A program made the translations under genes and the position numbers. The notes below the pieces were generated by a model that was not told the origin of the DNA, ran no database searches, and worked only from the letters and a program-made list of their open reading frames with translations. Source: an archaeon (GTDB lineage: Archaea > Nanobdellota > Nanobdellia > Woesearchaeales > GW2011-AR9). From it: a stretch of 64,000 nucleotides of DNA. This document shows positions 35,593 through 43,833 of the stretch, piece after piece (position 1 is the stretch's first letter; every line of letters begins with the position of its first letter). The DNA lies in the NCBI GenBank assembly GCA_018670085.1, contig JABHRS010000008.1, positions 70,136 to 134,135 of the forward strand. Reading direction: 5' to 3'.

Positions 35593-36150
35593 ATGGAAAT
35601 GACAATAATTGAAGGCAAAGACTTTGCTGCTGCAAAGCTTTCTGAAGAAGATTATGAACTAATTGAATTCAAAAACTGTTCATTTCAAGATTGTGATTTA
35701 AGCAATATCTCATTCTCAGATTGTATATTTACTGGATGTAATCTTAGTTTAGTTACTATCGCGAACACAAAATTTCAAGATTGTGAGTTTATTGATTCTA
35801 AACTGTTAGGATTGCGTTTTGATGAGATTAATACTATTCTAATGGATTTTAGTTTTACAAGGTGTGTGATTTTAAATTGTCATTTCTCTAACTTGGAATT
35901 AAAAAAATTTAAATTTGAAGGATGCCAAATAAATGAATGTGATTTTTTTGGAACTAATTTGGAATCTGCCTCATTTAAGGAATGTGATTTAAACAAATCA
36001 GTGTTTAGAGAATGTGATCTGAAAAAAGTAGATTTTTCAACTGCGAAAAATTATGATATTGATATTAATTTTAATGAAATTAGTAAAGCAGTATTTACTT
36101 TACCAGAAGCTACAAATCTACTTAGAAGTTTAGATATTGTGTTGAAATGA
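35593..36150 (+). CDS. pentapeptide-repeat protein
   Basis: Continuous A(D/N)LxX-type repeats (FKNCSFQDCDLSNISFSDCIFTGCNLSLV...). The ORF track starts at TTG 35590. Confidence 0.8.
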   Translation: MEMTIIEGKDFAAAKLSEEDYELIEFKNCSFQDCDLSNISFSDCIFTGCNLSLVTIANTKFQDCEFIDSKLLGLRFDEINTILMDFSFTRCVILNCHFSNLELKKFKFEGCQINECDFFGTNLESASFKECDLNKSVFRECDLKKVDFSTAKNYDIDINFNEISKAVFTLPEATNLLRSLDIVLK

Positions 36151-37394
36151 AAATGGACGAAACAAATAACATCTATCAACCAGCAGAAGACTCTGAATTA
36201 CTTGTGAAATTTGTTAGGGTGAAATCATTTGGACGAGTACTTGATATGGGTACAGGTTCTGGGATTCAAGCAATCACAGCTGCAAAAGTTCCTGGTATTC
36301 GAAATGTTTTAGCAGTTGACATCAATTCAAAAGCAGTTGATCATGTTAAAAACGAAGCTAAGAAACAGATGCTTTCTCGTTTTAAAGTAATTGAAAGTGA
36401 TTTGTTCGAAAATGTTGATGGGCAATTTGAAACTATTATTTTTAATGCGCCGTATTTACCTCAAGATTATTTGAGCGGAGTAAATGGTGAAAAAGTTGCA
36501 ATTGATGATGTTGCTCTTTATGGTGGGAAAAAAGGGTATGAGATAATTCTTCGTTTTTTGAACTCAGTTGGACCTCATTTGGCACGTGGAGGGAAAATAT
36601 TGTTGTTGTTCTCCTCACTTTCTGGTAAAGATGTGATCGATAAATGCGTTAAGAATAATTTGTTTGAGTTTAATTTATTGGCTGAAGAAAAAATGCCGAT
36701 GATGGAAACCTTGTATGTGTATGAAATCTCTTCTTTGCCTGTGCGTGAAAGTTTGCTTGCACTTGGTGTAACTGATTTGCATTATCATGCTAAGGGTGCT
36801 CGGGGAATTGTCTATAAAGCAAAGTGGGATATTAATTCACAAGAGAAAAAGTTTTTGGCTTCAAAAGATTTGCGGGATGTGGCAATTAAAATGAAACTTG
36901 ATTCAAGTACAGCTCCTGGAACTTTGGAACTTGAAACTCGTAATCTGAGACTTGTGAACCGTGGAGGAATTGGTCCAAAATTGTATTATTTCTCTAAAGA
37001 TTTTTTGATTATGGAATTCGTTGAAGGGATTGCTTTGGATAAGTTTATTGAAGCTAAAGGTAAAGATTCTGACTTGGTAAAACTTGCTTTGGTGCAACTG
37101 TTGATACAAGCAAGGCAATTAGATAAAATGAAATTGAACAAAGACGAAATGCATCGACCGTTTGCGAATGTTTTAGTTTCAGAGTTGGAAGGGTCTAAGG
37201 TGTCGGTCGTTTTACTGGATTTTGAAAGATGCCGAAATCATCAAACACCATCGAACGTGACTCAAGTTGTATCTTTTTTAATGAAGTTTGGTTTTATTGA
37301 TCATGAGCAGGGAATTAAGGCTGCTGAAGAATATAAGAAGAAGTATGGCGATGAACTATTTCAAAGAATAGTTGGTCTGCTTAATGAGGTATAA
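36147..37394 (+). CDS. fusion of an Mtq2/HemK-like (NPPY-type) methyltransferase with a divergent protein-kinase-like domain
   Basis: N-terminal VLDMGTGSGIQAI (SAM motif I) and IIFNAPYLP (NPPY-like). The C-terminal half has AKGARGIVYKA (G-loop-like), VAIKMK (Lys), IMEFVEG (hinge) and LLDFERC (DFG-like), but no canonical HxD catalytic loop. ATGA overlap with the pentapeptide gene. Confidence 0.6.
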   Translation: MKMDETNNIYQPAEDSELLVKFVRVKSFGRVLDMGTGSGIQAITAAKVPGIRNVLAVDINSKAVDHVKNEAKKQMLSRFKVIESDLFENVDGQFETIIFNAPYLPQDYLSGVNGEKVAIDDVALYGGKKGYEIILRFLNSVGPHLARGGKILLLFSSLSGKDVIDKCVKNNLFEFNLLAEEKMPMMETLYVYEISSLPVRESLLALGVTDLHYHAKGARGIVYKAKWDINSQEKKFLASKDLRDVAIKMKLDSSTAPGTLELETRNLRLVNRGGIGPKLYYFSKDFLIMEFVEGIALDKFIEAKGKDSDLVKLALVQLLIQARQLDKMKLNKDEMHRPFANVLVSELEGSKVSVVLLDFERCRNHQTPSNVTQVVSFLMKFGFIDHEQGIKAAEEYKKKYGDELFQRIVGLLNEV

Positions 37395-37426
37395 TTGTTT
37401 TTTCTTTTCTTTTCAAAAAGAACATA

Positions 37427-37435
37427 TTTTTAAAT
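37427..37435 (+). promoter_or_regulatory. TATA box (TTTTTAAAT)
   Basis: Starts 30 nt upstream of ATG 37457. Confidence 0.5.
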
Positions 37436-37456
37436 TCAATTTACATTCTTATCTAC

Positions 37457-38077
37457 ATGTTGTCTAAACGAGTACAATTTCTATGGATTGCAGTAATAGT
37501 AATTGCAACTAGTTTCTTATTCATCTTCGCTTCTGAAAGATTAGGTGCTTCTGCAATAGCAGGACATGCTATCTCTTATGGGCCGGAATGTTCAGATGAA
37601 ACTGATGCTGGGATTGAAGTATCTGTTTATGGTGAGTTGTATGTTGAAAGCGTTGATGTGACTATGAAGGATGTATGTGTAGATAATGATAAATTGTCTG
37701 AATTTGAATGTATGGATAAGGGAGTTACTAGAACTTATTTTTCATGTAACTCTGTTGGTGCTATCTGTAACAATGGTGCTTGTGTATCAACTAAGGCAAG
37801 TGGTGATTCCAATGAATATTTTGCTTTACTCGATGACACTGGGTTTAGTCCAGACAGGTTCACAATTTCTGTTGGAGACACAGTGACTTGGATAAATGTG
37901 CGCGAAGAGTATGATTCTGCTTTTTTAATCGGAGCTCAGAAAAACACACATATCAAAAGTGAAATATTGGCAGTTGGTGAATCTTTCTCATACACATTTA
38001 ATGAAGAAGATGTTGGAAAGAACGTTTTTGTTGATGGAATTTTGATTTCTTATGATCAATGGATTTTTGTTGAGTGA
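37457..38077 (+). CDS. anchored 6-Cys-module protein with a cupredoxin-like C-terminal domain (family member 1)
   Basis: TM anchor, AIAGHAIS, and the Cys pattern C..C..KLSEFEC..C..GAICNNGACV. C-terminus FSPDRFTISVGDTVTWINV (cupredoxin-like strand pattern; no obvious Cu ligands). Confidence 0.55.
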   Translation: MLSKRVQFLWIAVIVIATSFLFIFASERLGASAIAGHAISYGPECSDETDAGIEVSVYGELYVESVDVTMKDVCVDNDKLSEFECMDKGVTRTYFSCNSVGAICNNGACVSTKASGDSNEYFALLDDTGFSPDRFTISVGDTVTWINVREEYDSAFLIGAQKNTHIKSEILAVGESFSYTFNEEDVGKNVFVDGILISYDQWIFVE

Positions 38078-38264
38078 ATTTCTTATTTTATTTTGTTAAA
38101 TGCAATTATTTTGTTCCCTTATTGTTGTTTTTATGAAGACAATTTAAGAAATGTTTATTAAGGGGAATTACTTGGTGATCAGTATTAATCTGAATTAAAA
38201 GAGGTGGCGAGAAACTAAAAAGTTTTTGAACCATCTTTTTGTAAACAAAAAGAGGTATGGAATT

Positions 38265-39116
38265 ATGGAATCAAAAGTTAAAGGTTTTTTCTTTGTTACT
38301 ATTTTAGTTATTGTGGGATTATTTGTGTGGTCTGGAATGTCTGGTAGTTTAGGTGATGGAGCAATTGCTGGGAATGCAGTTAGTTTAGGGATTAGTTGTA
38401 ATGACAGCGAAGCAACAAATGAAAGACAAGTTATGACTTTTGGATATAACACAGATCTTGATAATGGCGATGTTTATGAAGATGAATGTCGTACTGAAAC
38501 AAAATTGACTGAGTATTTTTGTCGTGGTGGAGATTTGTCCTCTCAAAGAGTAAATTGTGATAAAAAAGGATTGGTTTGTGAAGACGGAGCTTGTGTTGCA
38601 GATGTTGAGTTACCTGATTTAGTTTATTATGACAATAGTAGTTTAGTTGATATTGTTCAGGTTGCAAATGTTACATATACAAGACTTAGTAGTGGTGATT
38701 TGGAGTCAGTTTCTGTAATTGGTTTTGAAGTCTATTTAGAAGTTGTTAATGAAGGGGATGTCACTGCAAGTGGTTATACTTCAAACTCTATTGATCTTGG
38801 ATCTCCATTAACTGATGTATCATTGTTTGAGTTTAATGGATCTATGGCAATTCGGACTAGTGCTGATGTTTATGGCCATAGGGACATAAGTTGGAGTATG
38901 ACAAGTTCTAAAGATCTATACTTTGAACATGGATCCCCTGGTTGGTCTGCAACTGCGGCAATGTTTGAAGATTTAATTGCTGGGAATTCAGTTGATCTGG
39001 ATATGACTTATTCATTGGATGTTGAAGATGCAATCAGAGAATCAGATGTTTCTAACAATGTTGGAACTGTTACTGTTGTAGTTGATCCGAGTGGATGGTT
39101 GTTTGTAGAACAATAA
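38265..39116 (+). CDS. anchored 6-Cys-module protein (family member 2)
   Basis: The ORF track starts at TTG 38226. ATG 38265 is preceded by AAGAGGT (38250-38256) and matches the start of the paralog at 39181. MESKVKGFFFVTILVIVGLFVWSG...AIAGNAVS...ECRTETKLTEYFCRGG...CDKKGLVCEDGACV. Confidence 0.6.
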   Translation: MESKVKGFFFVTILVIVGLFVWSGMSGSLGDGAIAGNAVSLGISCNDSEATNERQVMTFGYNTDLDNGDVYEDECRTETKLTEYFCRGGDLSSQRVNCDKKGLVCEDGACVADVELPDLVYYDNSSLVDIVQVANVTYTRLSSGDLESVSVIGFEVYLEVVNEGDVTASGYTSNSIDLGSPLTDVSLFEFNGSMAIRTSADVYGHRDISWSMTSSKDLYFEHGSPGWSATAAMFEDLIAGNSVDLDMTYSLDVEDAIRESDVSNNVGTVTVVVDPSGWLFVEQ

Positions 39117-39180
39117 ACTGTTGTATTTTTTTTATTTTTTATTTTATTTTTTAAATTTACATTAAAAGAGGTATGGAATT

Positions 39181-39777
39181 ATGGAATCAAAAGTAAAAGG
39201 ATTTTTTCTAGTAACTGTTTTAGTTGCAGTTGCATTATTTTTATGGTCAGGAATGGCTGGTGGTTTAGGTGATGGTGCACTAGCTGGAAACGCAGTTTCT
39301 ATGGGTGGATCTTGTTCACCTGATGTTGCTAAGAATTTTTATTCTGCTGATACAATAACTGACACTAATACTGGGGCTAATTATACAGATGAATGTCGAA
39401 CTGCAACAAAAATAACTGAATATTTTTGTCGAAGTGGGAGTATTTTATCACAACGAACAGATTGTTCTAAAAAAGGAATGGTTTGTGAAAGTGGGGCTTG
39501 TGTTGATGATAGTTTAGTATACACAGCGGATTTAAGACAAAATGGTACAACTTATCTGTTTGAAGTTGATTTGGATAAAGAAGTAGTAACTTTCACTTCA
39601 TGGATCTTAGGAGTTGAAGTACAGAGATCACTTACTGATATTGGTGACGAGAATTATACTGCTGACCATAGGGCAAGTGGTTATACTCATTCAATCGTTG
39701 CAGATATTAATGATCTGAAACTACATATTGAAACTTCTGCTGGTGTGTTTGTTGAACGATCTTTGACAGAAGAATAA
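39181..39777 (+). CDS. anchored 6-Cys-module protein (family member 3)
   Basis: MESKVKGFFLVTVLVAVALFLWSG...ALAGNAVS...ECRTATKITEYFCRSG...CSKKGMVCESGACV. The 5' region, including SD AAGAGGT (39166-39172), is nearly identical to member 2. The C-terminus is unrelated. Confidence 0.6.
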   Translation: MESKVKGFFLVTVLVAVALFLWSGMAGGLGDGALAGNAVSMGGSCSPDVAKNFYSADTITDTNTGANYTDECRTATKITEYFCRSGSILSQRTDCSKKGMVCESGACVDDSLVYTADLRQNGTTYLFEVDLDKEVVTFTSWILGVEVQRSLTDIGDENYTADHRASGYTHSIVADINDLKLHIETSAGVFVERSLTEE

Positions 39778-39794
39778 TTCTCTTATTTTTTATC

Positions 39795-39809
39795 TTTTTT
39801 TTTTTTTTT
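39795..39809 (+). terminator. oligo-T tract (T15)
   Basis: Lies 18 nt after stop 39777. Confidence 0.5.
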
Positions 39810-39829
39810 ATTTTATTCCACAGAGTGGT

Positions 39830-39861
39830 GCCAGAAACAGATTATTTCTAAGCATTTTTTT
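39830..39861 (+). terminator. hairpin plus U7 (GCCAGAAAcagauuaUUUCUaaGC-A-UUUUUUU), second copy of the element at 29356-29387
   Basis: Shares TGCCAGAAACA-N5-TTTCT-R-AGCATTTTTTT with the reverse complement of 29356-29390. Confidence 0.45.
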
Positions 39862-39908
39862 ATTTTTAACTTTAATTGTTTAATCTCTTTAGAATCACTA
39901 TATTATTA

Positions 39909-40128
39909 TCATGGTGGTCAGGCCGGGCTAATACATTTCAGTTCACCTATGATTTTTATTTTTAAATTTTTTAATATAGAATAAAAATTGCTCCTGAAAA
40001 TTCACTGCTTTTATTTTATGTCTCGGCAAGAGACGCCCACGACAATAACATTGTTTTATGCAGACATTCCTAACTTGAGTTAACTGTAGCTTGTAACGGT
40101 GTTCAATACATCTCTACTTCGCCATCCA
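39909..40128 (+). repeat. copy Y of the diverged dispersed repeat (partner at 29947-30100)
   Basis: Same ordered blocks as copy X. It carries an AT-rich insertion of about 57 nt (39929-39988) and a shorter middle segment. Its right end overlaps the last codons and stop of the helicase fragment. Confidence 0.5.
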
Positions 40129-40771
40129 TAAAAATCCCCTTATGCAACTTTACAGGACGCCAAGTATCAATAACTAACTTAGCTTCAAGCCAATCTGCAA
40201 GCGCTTTTGGATTACCAATTGTTGCTGATAAACCTACTAATTGCGGCTTAATTCGACTTTTTAGAATTGTTAAGATCACTTCTAATGTTGGACCACGACT
40301 AGCATCGTTAAGCAAATGAATTTCATCAATTACAACCAACTTAATTTTATTTAACCAAGAAACATTGTGTCGCATTAAAGAATCTAATTTTTCCGTCGTT
40401 AAAACAAGTAAATCGTAATTTGCTAAATTAGGGCTTGATGAATCCATATCACCAGTTGACATTACAACTTTATATTCAGTGTCTTCTAAAAGTGATTTGA
40501 ACTCTTTATATTTTTCATTCGCTAGTGCACGTAGAGGAACTAAATAAATTGCCTTGCCTTTACCTAATGTGTTTGCTATTGCCATTGAGGCAACTAAAGT
40601 TTTTCCAGAGGCCGTTGGTGCACAAATTAACTGTGAACTAGCTTTTGGATTGTTTGAATCTTGATCTAAAAGGCCGGCTTTGACTGCTTTTTCTTGGATC
40701 GGTGTTAAATTTGGAAATTTATTGTAGTGATCTTTGAAAAATACAGGAAGTGATAATTTTTTGATCTCCAT
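40103..40771 (-). CDS. Ski2/Hel308-like superfamily-2 helicase, N-terminal RecA1 domain only (truncated or split gene)
   Basis: Motif I APTASGKT, Ia YLVPLRALANEK, II DEIH, III SATIGN, then WRPVKL. The ORF stops after 222 aa, whereas family members are about 700 aa. No RecA2 or ratchet domain follows. It has its own TATA-like box (ATTTATAT, 40797-40804). Confidence 0.7.
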   Translation of the reverse strand: MEIKKLSLPVFFKDHYNKFPNLTPIQEKAVKAGLLDQDSNNPKASSQLICAPTASGKTLVASMAIANTLGKGKAIYLVPLRALANEKYKEFKSLLEDTEYKVVMSTGDMDSSSPNLANYDLLVLTTEKLDSLMRHNVSWLNKIKLVVIDEIHLLNDASRGPTLEVILTILKSRIKPQLVGLSATIGNPKALADWLEAKLVIDTWRPVKLHKGIFMDGEVEMY

Positions 40772-40996
40772 AAGTTATCTTTTAGATTAGAAATAGATAT
40801 AAATGTGTTTGTTAATTTGAATTATTATCAATTTAGTCTATTAAACATTAACATAAGATCTTAGAAATTACACTAAAATATAGAACTTTGTTCTAGTTGT
40901 CATTTTCAAGGTGTGAACTGCTAATCTCTTTAAATTTCCCTCAATTGACGGGTGTGTGGTGTTTAATCGATGTTCTGCTCTGTTGTTTTGCGAAAA

Positions 40997-41166
40997 GCTT
41001 ATAAACCGATTTTGAGTGTTTTAGTAGAATTACACTCGGTTTGTATCAGAGCTTCCTCTGTAAAATCGAATAAGGTCTTCCTCTGGGAAGCCTTTTCGGG
41101 ATTTTTACTCGAGGGAGCAGTGTGGTATGAAGAGGTTAAAACGAAACACTGGAGGTGTTTTTGAAC
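40997..41166 (+). promoter_or_regulatory. candidate promoter (TTATAAA 40999-41005) plus long structured 5' leader and SD of the S-layer gene
   Basis: There is no TATA at -30 from the ATG. The -30 rule would place the TSS near 41029, giving a leader of about 140 nt. Hairpins at 41003-41042 and CTTCC-TCTG-GGAAG (41077-41090). CTTCCTCTG is repeated (41052, 41077). GGAGGTG at 41151-41157. Confidence 0.35.
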
Positions 41167-43722
41167 ATGAATACAAAAAAAGTAATTAAGAGGTTGGCTG
41201 CTGTTGCAACAGGAGCTGCTATGCTAGGAGCAACCGTTATGGGTGCATTCGCAGCAGATTTAAGTGATTATCCGGATATGTTTGTTTCCGACGGAACCTT
41301 TGATGGTTATTTCGTAGTTGGAGAAGCAGCATCATCAGTTGATAACTTAGCTATGACTGATATCGCAACTAACATGTGGTATATGGGCGCAGATAGTGAC
41401 TCAACAACAACAACAACCCTTGAAGGGGACGCATGGCTTGCAGCTACAAGTTCTAACTTTTTAGAACTTAATGAACATGTAAGTGCAGTAGAATCCTATT
41501 TAGATGAGTCTATGTTAGGCGCTCTAGCAGATGGAGAAATTTCTAATGCAAAAGGATCAGCAGAATACGAACAATTCATGTACTTCAACGGAAGTGCAGC
41601 AGTAACTGCTTTTCAAGAAGATGATGAAGATAGTATCGGATTTTTCTACAAAATTGCATCAGGTGCTGAAATTGCTCATTACGTATTGGAATTTACAACT
41701 TCTTTAGAATCAGACATTGATTCAAACAGTGTTTATGATGACATTGAAGATGAAGTAGTTACCATTATGGGTAAATCATTTACTATTGTAACTGCAACAA
41801 ACGAATCCGCTGGACCTAAATTGGTTTTAATGGGTGGAGCTGCTTCAGATACATTAAGTGAAGGTGAAACTACCACATATACTGTAAATGAAGTAGACTA
41901 CGAAGTAGAAGTACTTTCAGTTACAAGTACACAAGTACAATTTTCAGTAAACGGAGAAACAACTAGTAAATTAGCTGATTCCGAAACTGACGTACTTGAT
42001 GATGGAGTTAACATCGGAGTTACTGACCTTACTTACCAAGATTATGCTGGTGGTATTCATGCAGTAACTTTCTTTATTGGATCTGACAAGTTAGAACTAA
42101 AACACGGATCTTCAATGAAGTACAACGAAGAAACAATTTCAGACGCAGCTGTAAGTATCGCATCTACTGAATCAGGTGGAGATATTGCAATTGATAGAAT
42201 TGAAATTAGAATGACTGCAGAAGATGACCTATACATTGGTGAAGGTCAAAAACTAAGTGAAGCTGTAAACCTTGATGAACCACAAGTTCTAGTAACTGGA
42301 AATTGGGACATTGAAATGACTGAAGTTACTGTAGGAGATCTTGAAACTACTAAGTTATCTTTCTCCGAAAGTGATGAACAGGCAGACTTAAGTGTAGAAC
42401 TTGCAGATGGAGAAGTTAGTATCCCTCTTCTATTCTCAAACAGTACCTCAACATGGGCTGCAGGAGAAAAAGATGGAGAATGGCTTGTTGCTGCAGGAAT
42501 GATGGCAATTGAAGATGAGAACTATTTCATCTTAAGTACCAACGATCCTGACACCGCAAGTAATGATGCAAGATCTTACCTACTTCAGTATAAAGGAGCA
42601 GATGGACCTGGAGAAGATAATCCTAAAGTTCGGATTAAAAACGTTGCTACTTCAGAAACATATGAAAGAAGTATGGGATCAAGTGGAGCATTCGATTTGA
42701 AGTTAGGTGGAACTACATTTAACTTTGTAAATGCAACAGGTACTCCTGCAACACTTAACAAAGACCACTACGTTAACTTTTCAGGATCAGATTCCCTTGC
42801 TGGATTCGCTATGATTCAAGAAGTTAATGCAACTGGAGCTGGTGGAGAAGAAGATTCTTTAGCAGGTTGGGGAGTTAAACTTCGTACTGCAGATAACCAT
42901 GAAGTAGAAGTTCGTTACAACGGAACAAGTAGCGTTAATGTAAACCAATCAGGTTTAGCTAGCGGTTCTTCAGTAGGAGTAGTTGTTCGAGCAGATGACA
43001 CAGACTTATTTGATAACTCAAGTATGTCTGCGCAAGTTGTTTTAAACGCAACAATCAGCCACGATACAACAAACAACGAACTTGATACAGCATCAGGAAC
43101 TGTTACATTTGGATCTCTTGTAAGTGATCCTGATGACAGCGACTTACAATATGCAAGAAGCAGATATGGAGAATTATACACTGTTTCAGCTAGCGGAAAC
43201 TCAGGTGGACCTAGCAAGTATACTGTAGATATCCCATCTAGTCAAGCAGAAGTAATGTTCTACGTATCTAGTGGATCTGTTACAAGCGCAACTTCAAGCA
43301 CAACCGATGGAAGTCTTTCATCAGTTAGAGTTGTTGATGCAACTAAACTTGACAGTGAAGTATCTAGCGTAAGTAGCCAAAACTTAATTGTTGTTGGTGG
43401 ACCTTGTGTTAACACAGTAGCTGCTGAACTTATGGGCAATCCAAGCGATTGTACAGAAGGTTACAGTGCAGGTGTTGCAAGCGTTAAACTCTTTGAAAAC
43501 GGTGACAGCGTAGCTATGCTAGTAGCTGGTTACAGTGGAGACGATACCCGTCTTGCTGGACAAGTTCTTGCACACAGATACGATGAACTTTCTGGAGATG
43601 CTGTAGAAATCGAAGGTACCACATACAGTGATGCTAGTATCGGTGAAGCATCTGAAGAAATGGCTGTTGAAGAAGAAGAAGTAGTTGAAGAAGAAGCTGC
43701 TGAAGAAACAACTGAAGAATAA
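41167..43722 (+). CDS. S-layer protein (Methanococcales-type S_layer_N / S_layer_C architecture) with an acidic C-terminal tail
   Basis: The ORF track starts at GTG 41155, inside the SD. ATG 41167 gives MNTKKVIKRLAAVATGAAMLGATVMGAFA (signal). Then DMFVSDGTFDGYFVVGEAASSVDNLAMTDIA (N-domain), NLIVVGGPCVNTVAAELMG (C-domain) and the tail EEEEVVEEEAAEETTEE. Codon usage is visibly biased. Confidence 0.85.
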   Translation: MNTKKVIKRLAAVATGAAMLGATVMGAFAADLSDYPDMFVSDGTFDGYFVVGEAASSVDNLAMTDIATNMWYMGADSDSTTTTTLEGDAWLAATSSNFLELNEHVSAVESYLDESMLGALADGEISNAKGSAEYEQFMYFNGSAAVTAFQEDDEDSIGFFYKIASGAEIAHYVLEFTTSLESDIDSNSVYDDIEDEVVTIMGKSFTIVTATNESAGPKLVLMGGAASDTLSEGETTTYTVNEVDYEVEVLSVTSTQVQFSVNGETTSKLADSETDVLDDGVNIGVTDLTYQDYAGGIHAVTFFIGSDKLELKHGSSMKYNEETISDAAVSIASTESGGDIAIDRIEIRMTAEDDLYIGEGQKLSEAVNLDEPQVLVTGNWDIEMTEVTVGDLETTKLSFSESDEQADLSVELADGEVSIPLLFSNSTSTWAAGEKDGEWLVAAGMMAIEDENYFILSTNDPDTASNDARSYLLQYKGADGPGEDNPKVRIKNVATSETYERSMGSSGAFDLKLGGTTFNFVNATGTPATLNKDHYVNFSGSDSLAGFAMIQEVNATGAGGEEDSLAGWGVKLRTADNHEVEVRYNGTSSVNVNQSGLASGSSVGVVVRADDTDLFDNSSMSAQVVLNATISHDTTNNELDTASGTVTFGSLVSDPDDSDLQYARSRYGELYTVSASGNSGGPSKYTVDIPSSQAEVMFYVSSGSVTSATSSTTDGSLSSVRVVDATKLDSEVSSVSSQNLIVVGGPCVNTVAAELMGNPSDCTEGYSAGVASVKLFENGDSVAMLVAGYSGDDTRLAGQVLAHRYDELSGDAVEIEGTTYSDASIGEASEEMAVEEEEVVEEEAAEETTEE

Positions 43723-43755
43723 GCCTTCGGGTTTTATTTATTTTTTTTTTTTTTT
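43721..43755 (+). terminator. short hairpin (AAGCC-UUCG-GGUUU) followed by T-rich tract including T15
   Basis: Begins at the stop codon. T15 at 43741-43755. Confidence 0.55.
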
Positions 43756-43803
43756 AATTTAACTTTTTAATCTCTTTCTAAAATCAAGTATACTTTCCTA
43801 ACA

Positions 43804-43812
43804 TTTTTAAAC
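43804..43812 (+). promoter_or_regulatory. TATA box (TTTTTAAAC)
   Basis: Starts 30 nt upstream of ATG 43834. Confidence 0.5.
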
Positions 43813-43833
43813 AAGTAAAAAAGCTTTATTTCT

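Noticed and set aside
40103-40105. Possible TGA recoding to extend the helicase ORF
   Set aside because: Reading through TGA meets TAG ten codons later. Other genes (for example eno) end correctly at TGA, so the standard code applies.
29947-40128. The X and Y direct repeats as att-like borders of a 10-kb integrated element
   Set aside because: The intervening genes are core housekeeping (rps8e, lonB, scpA, tRNA-Val). There are no integrase, transposase or viral genes.
40970-41164. 64-aa plus-strand ORF upstream of the S-layer gene
   Set aside because: It lies inside the predicted structured 5' leader, has no SD or TATA at the right distance, and has an implausible peptide.
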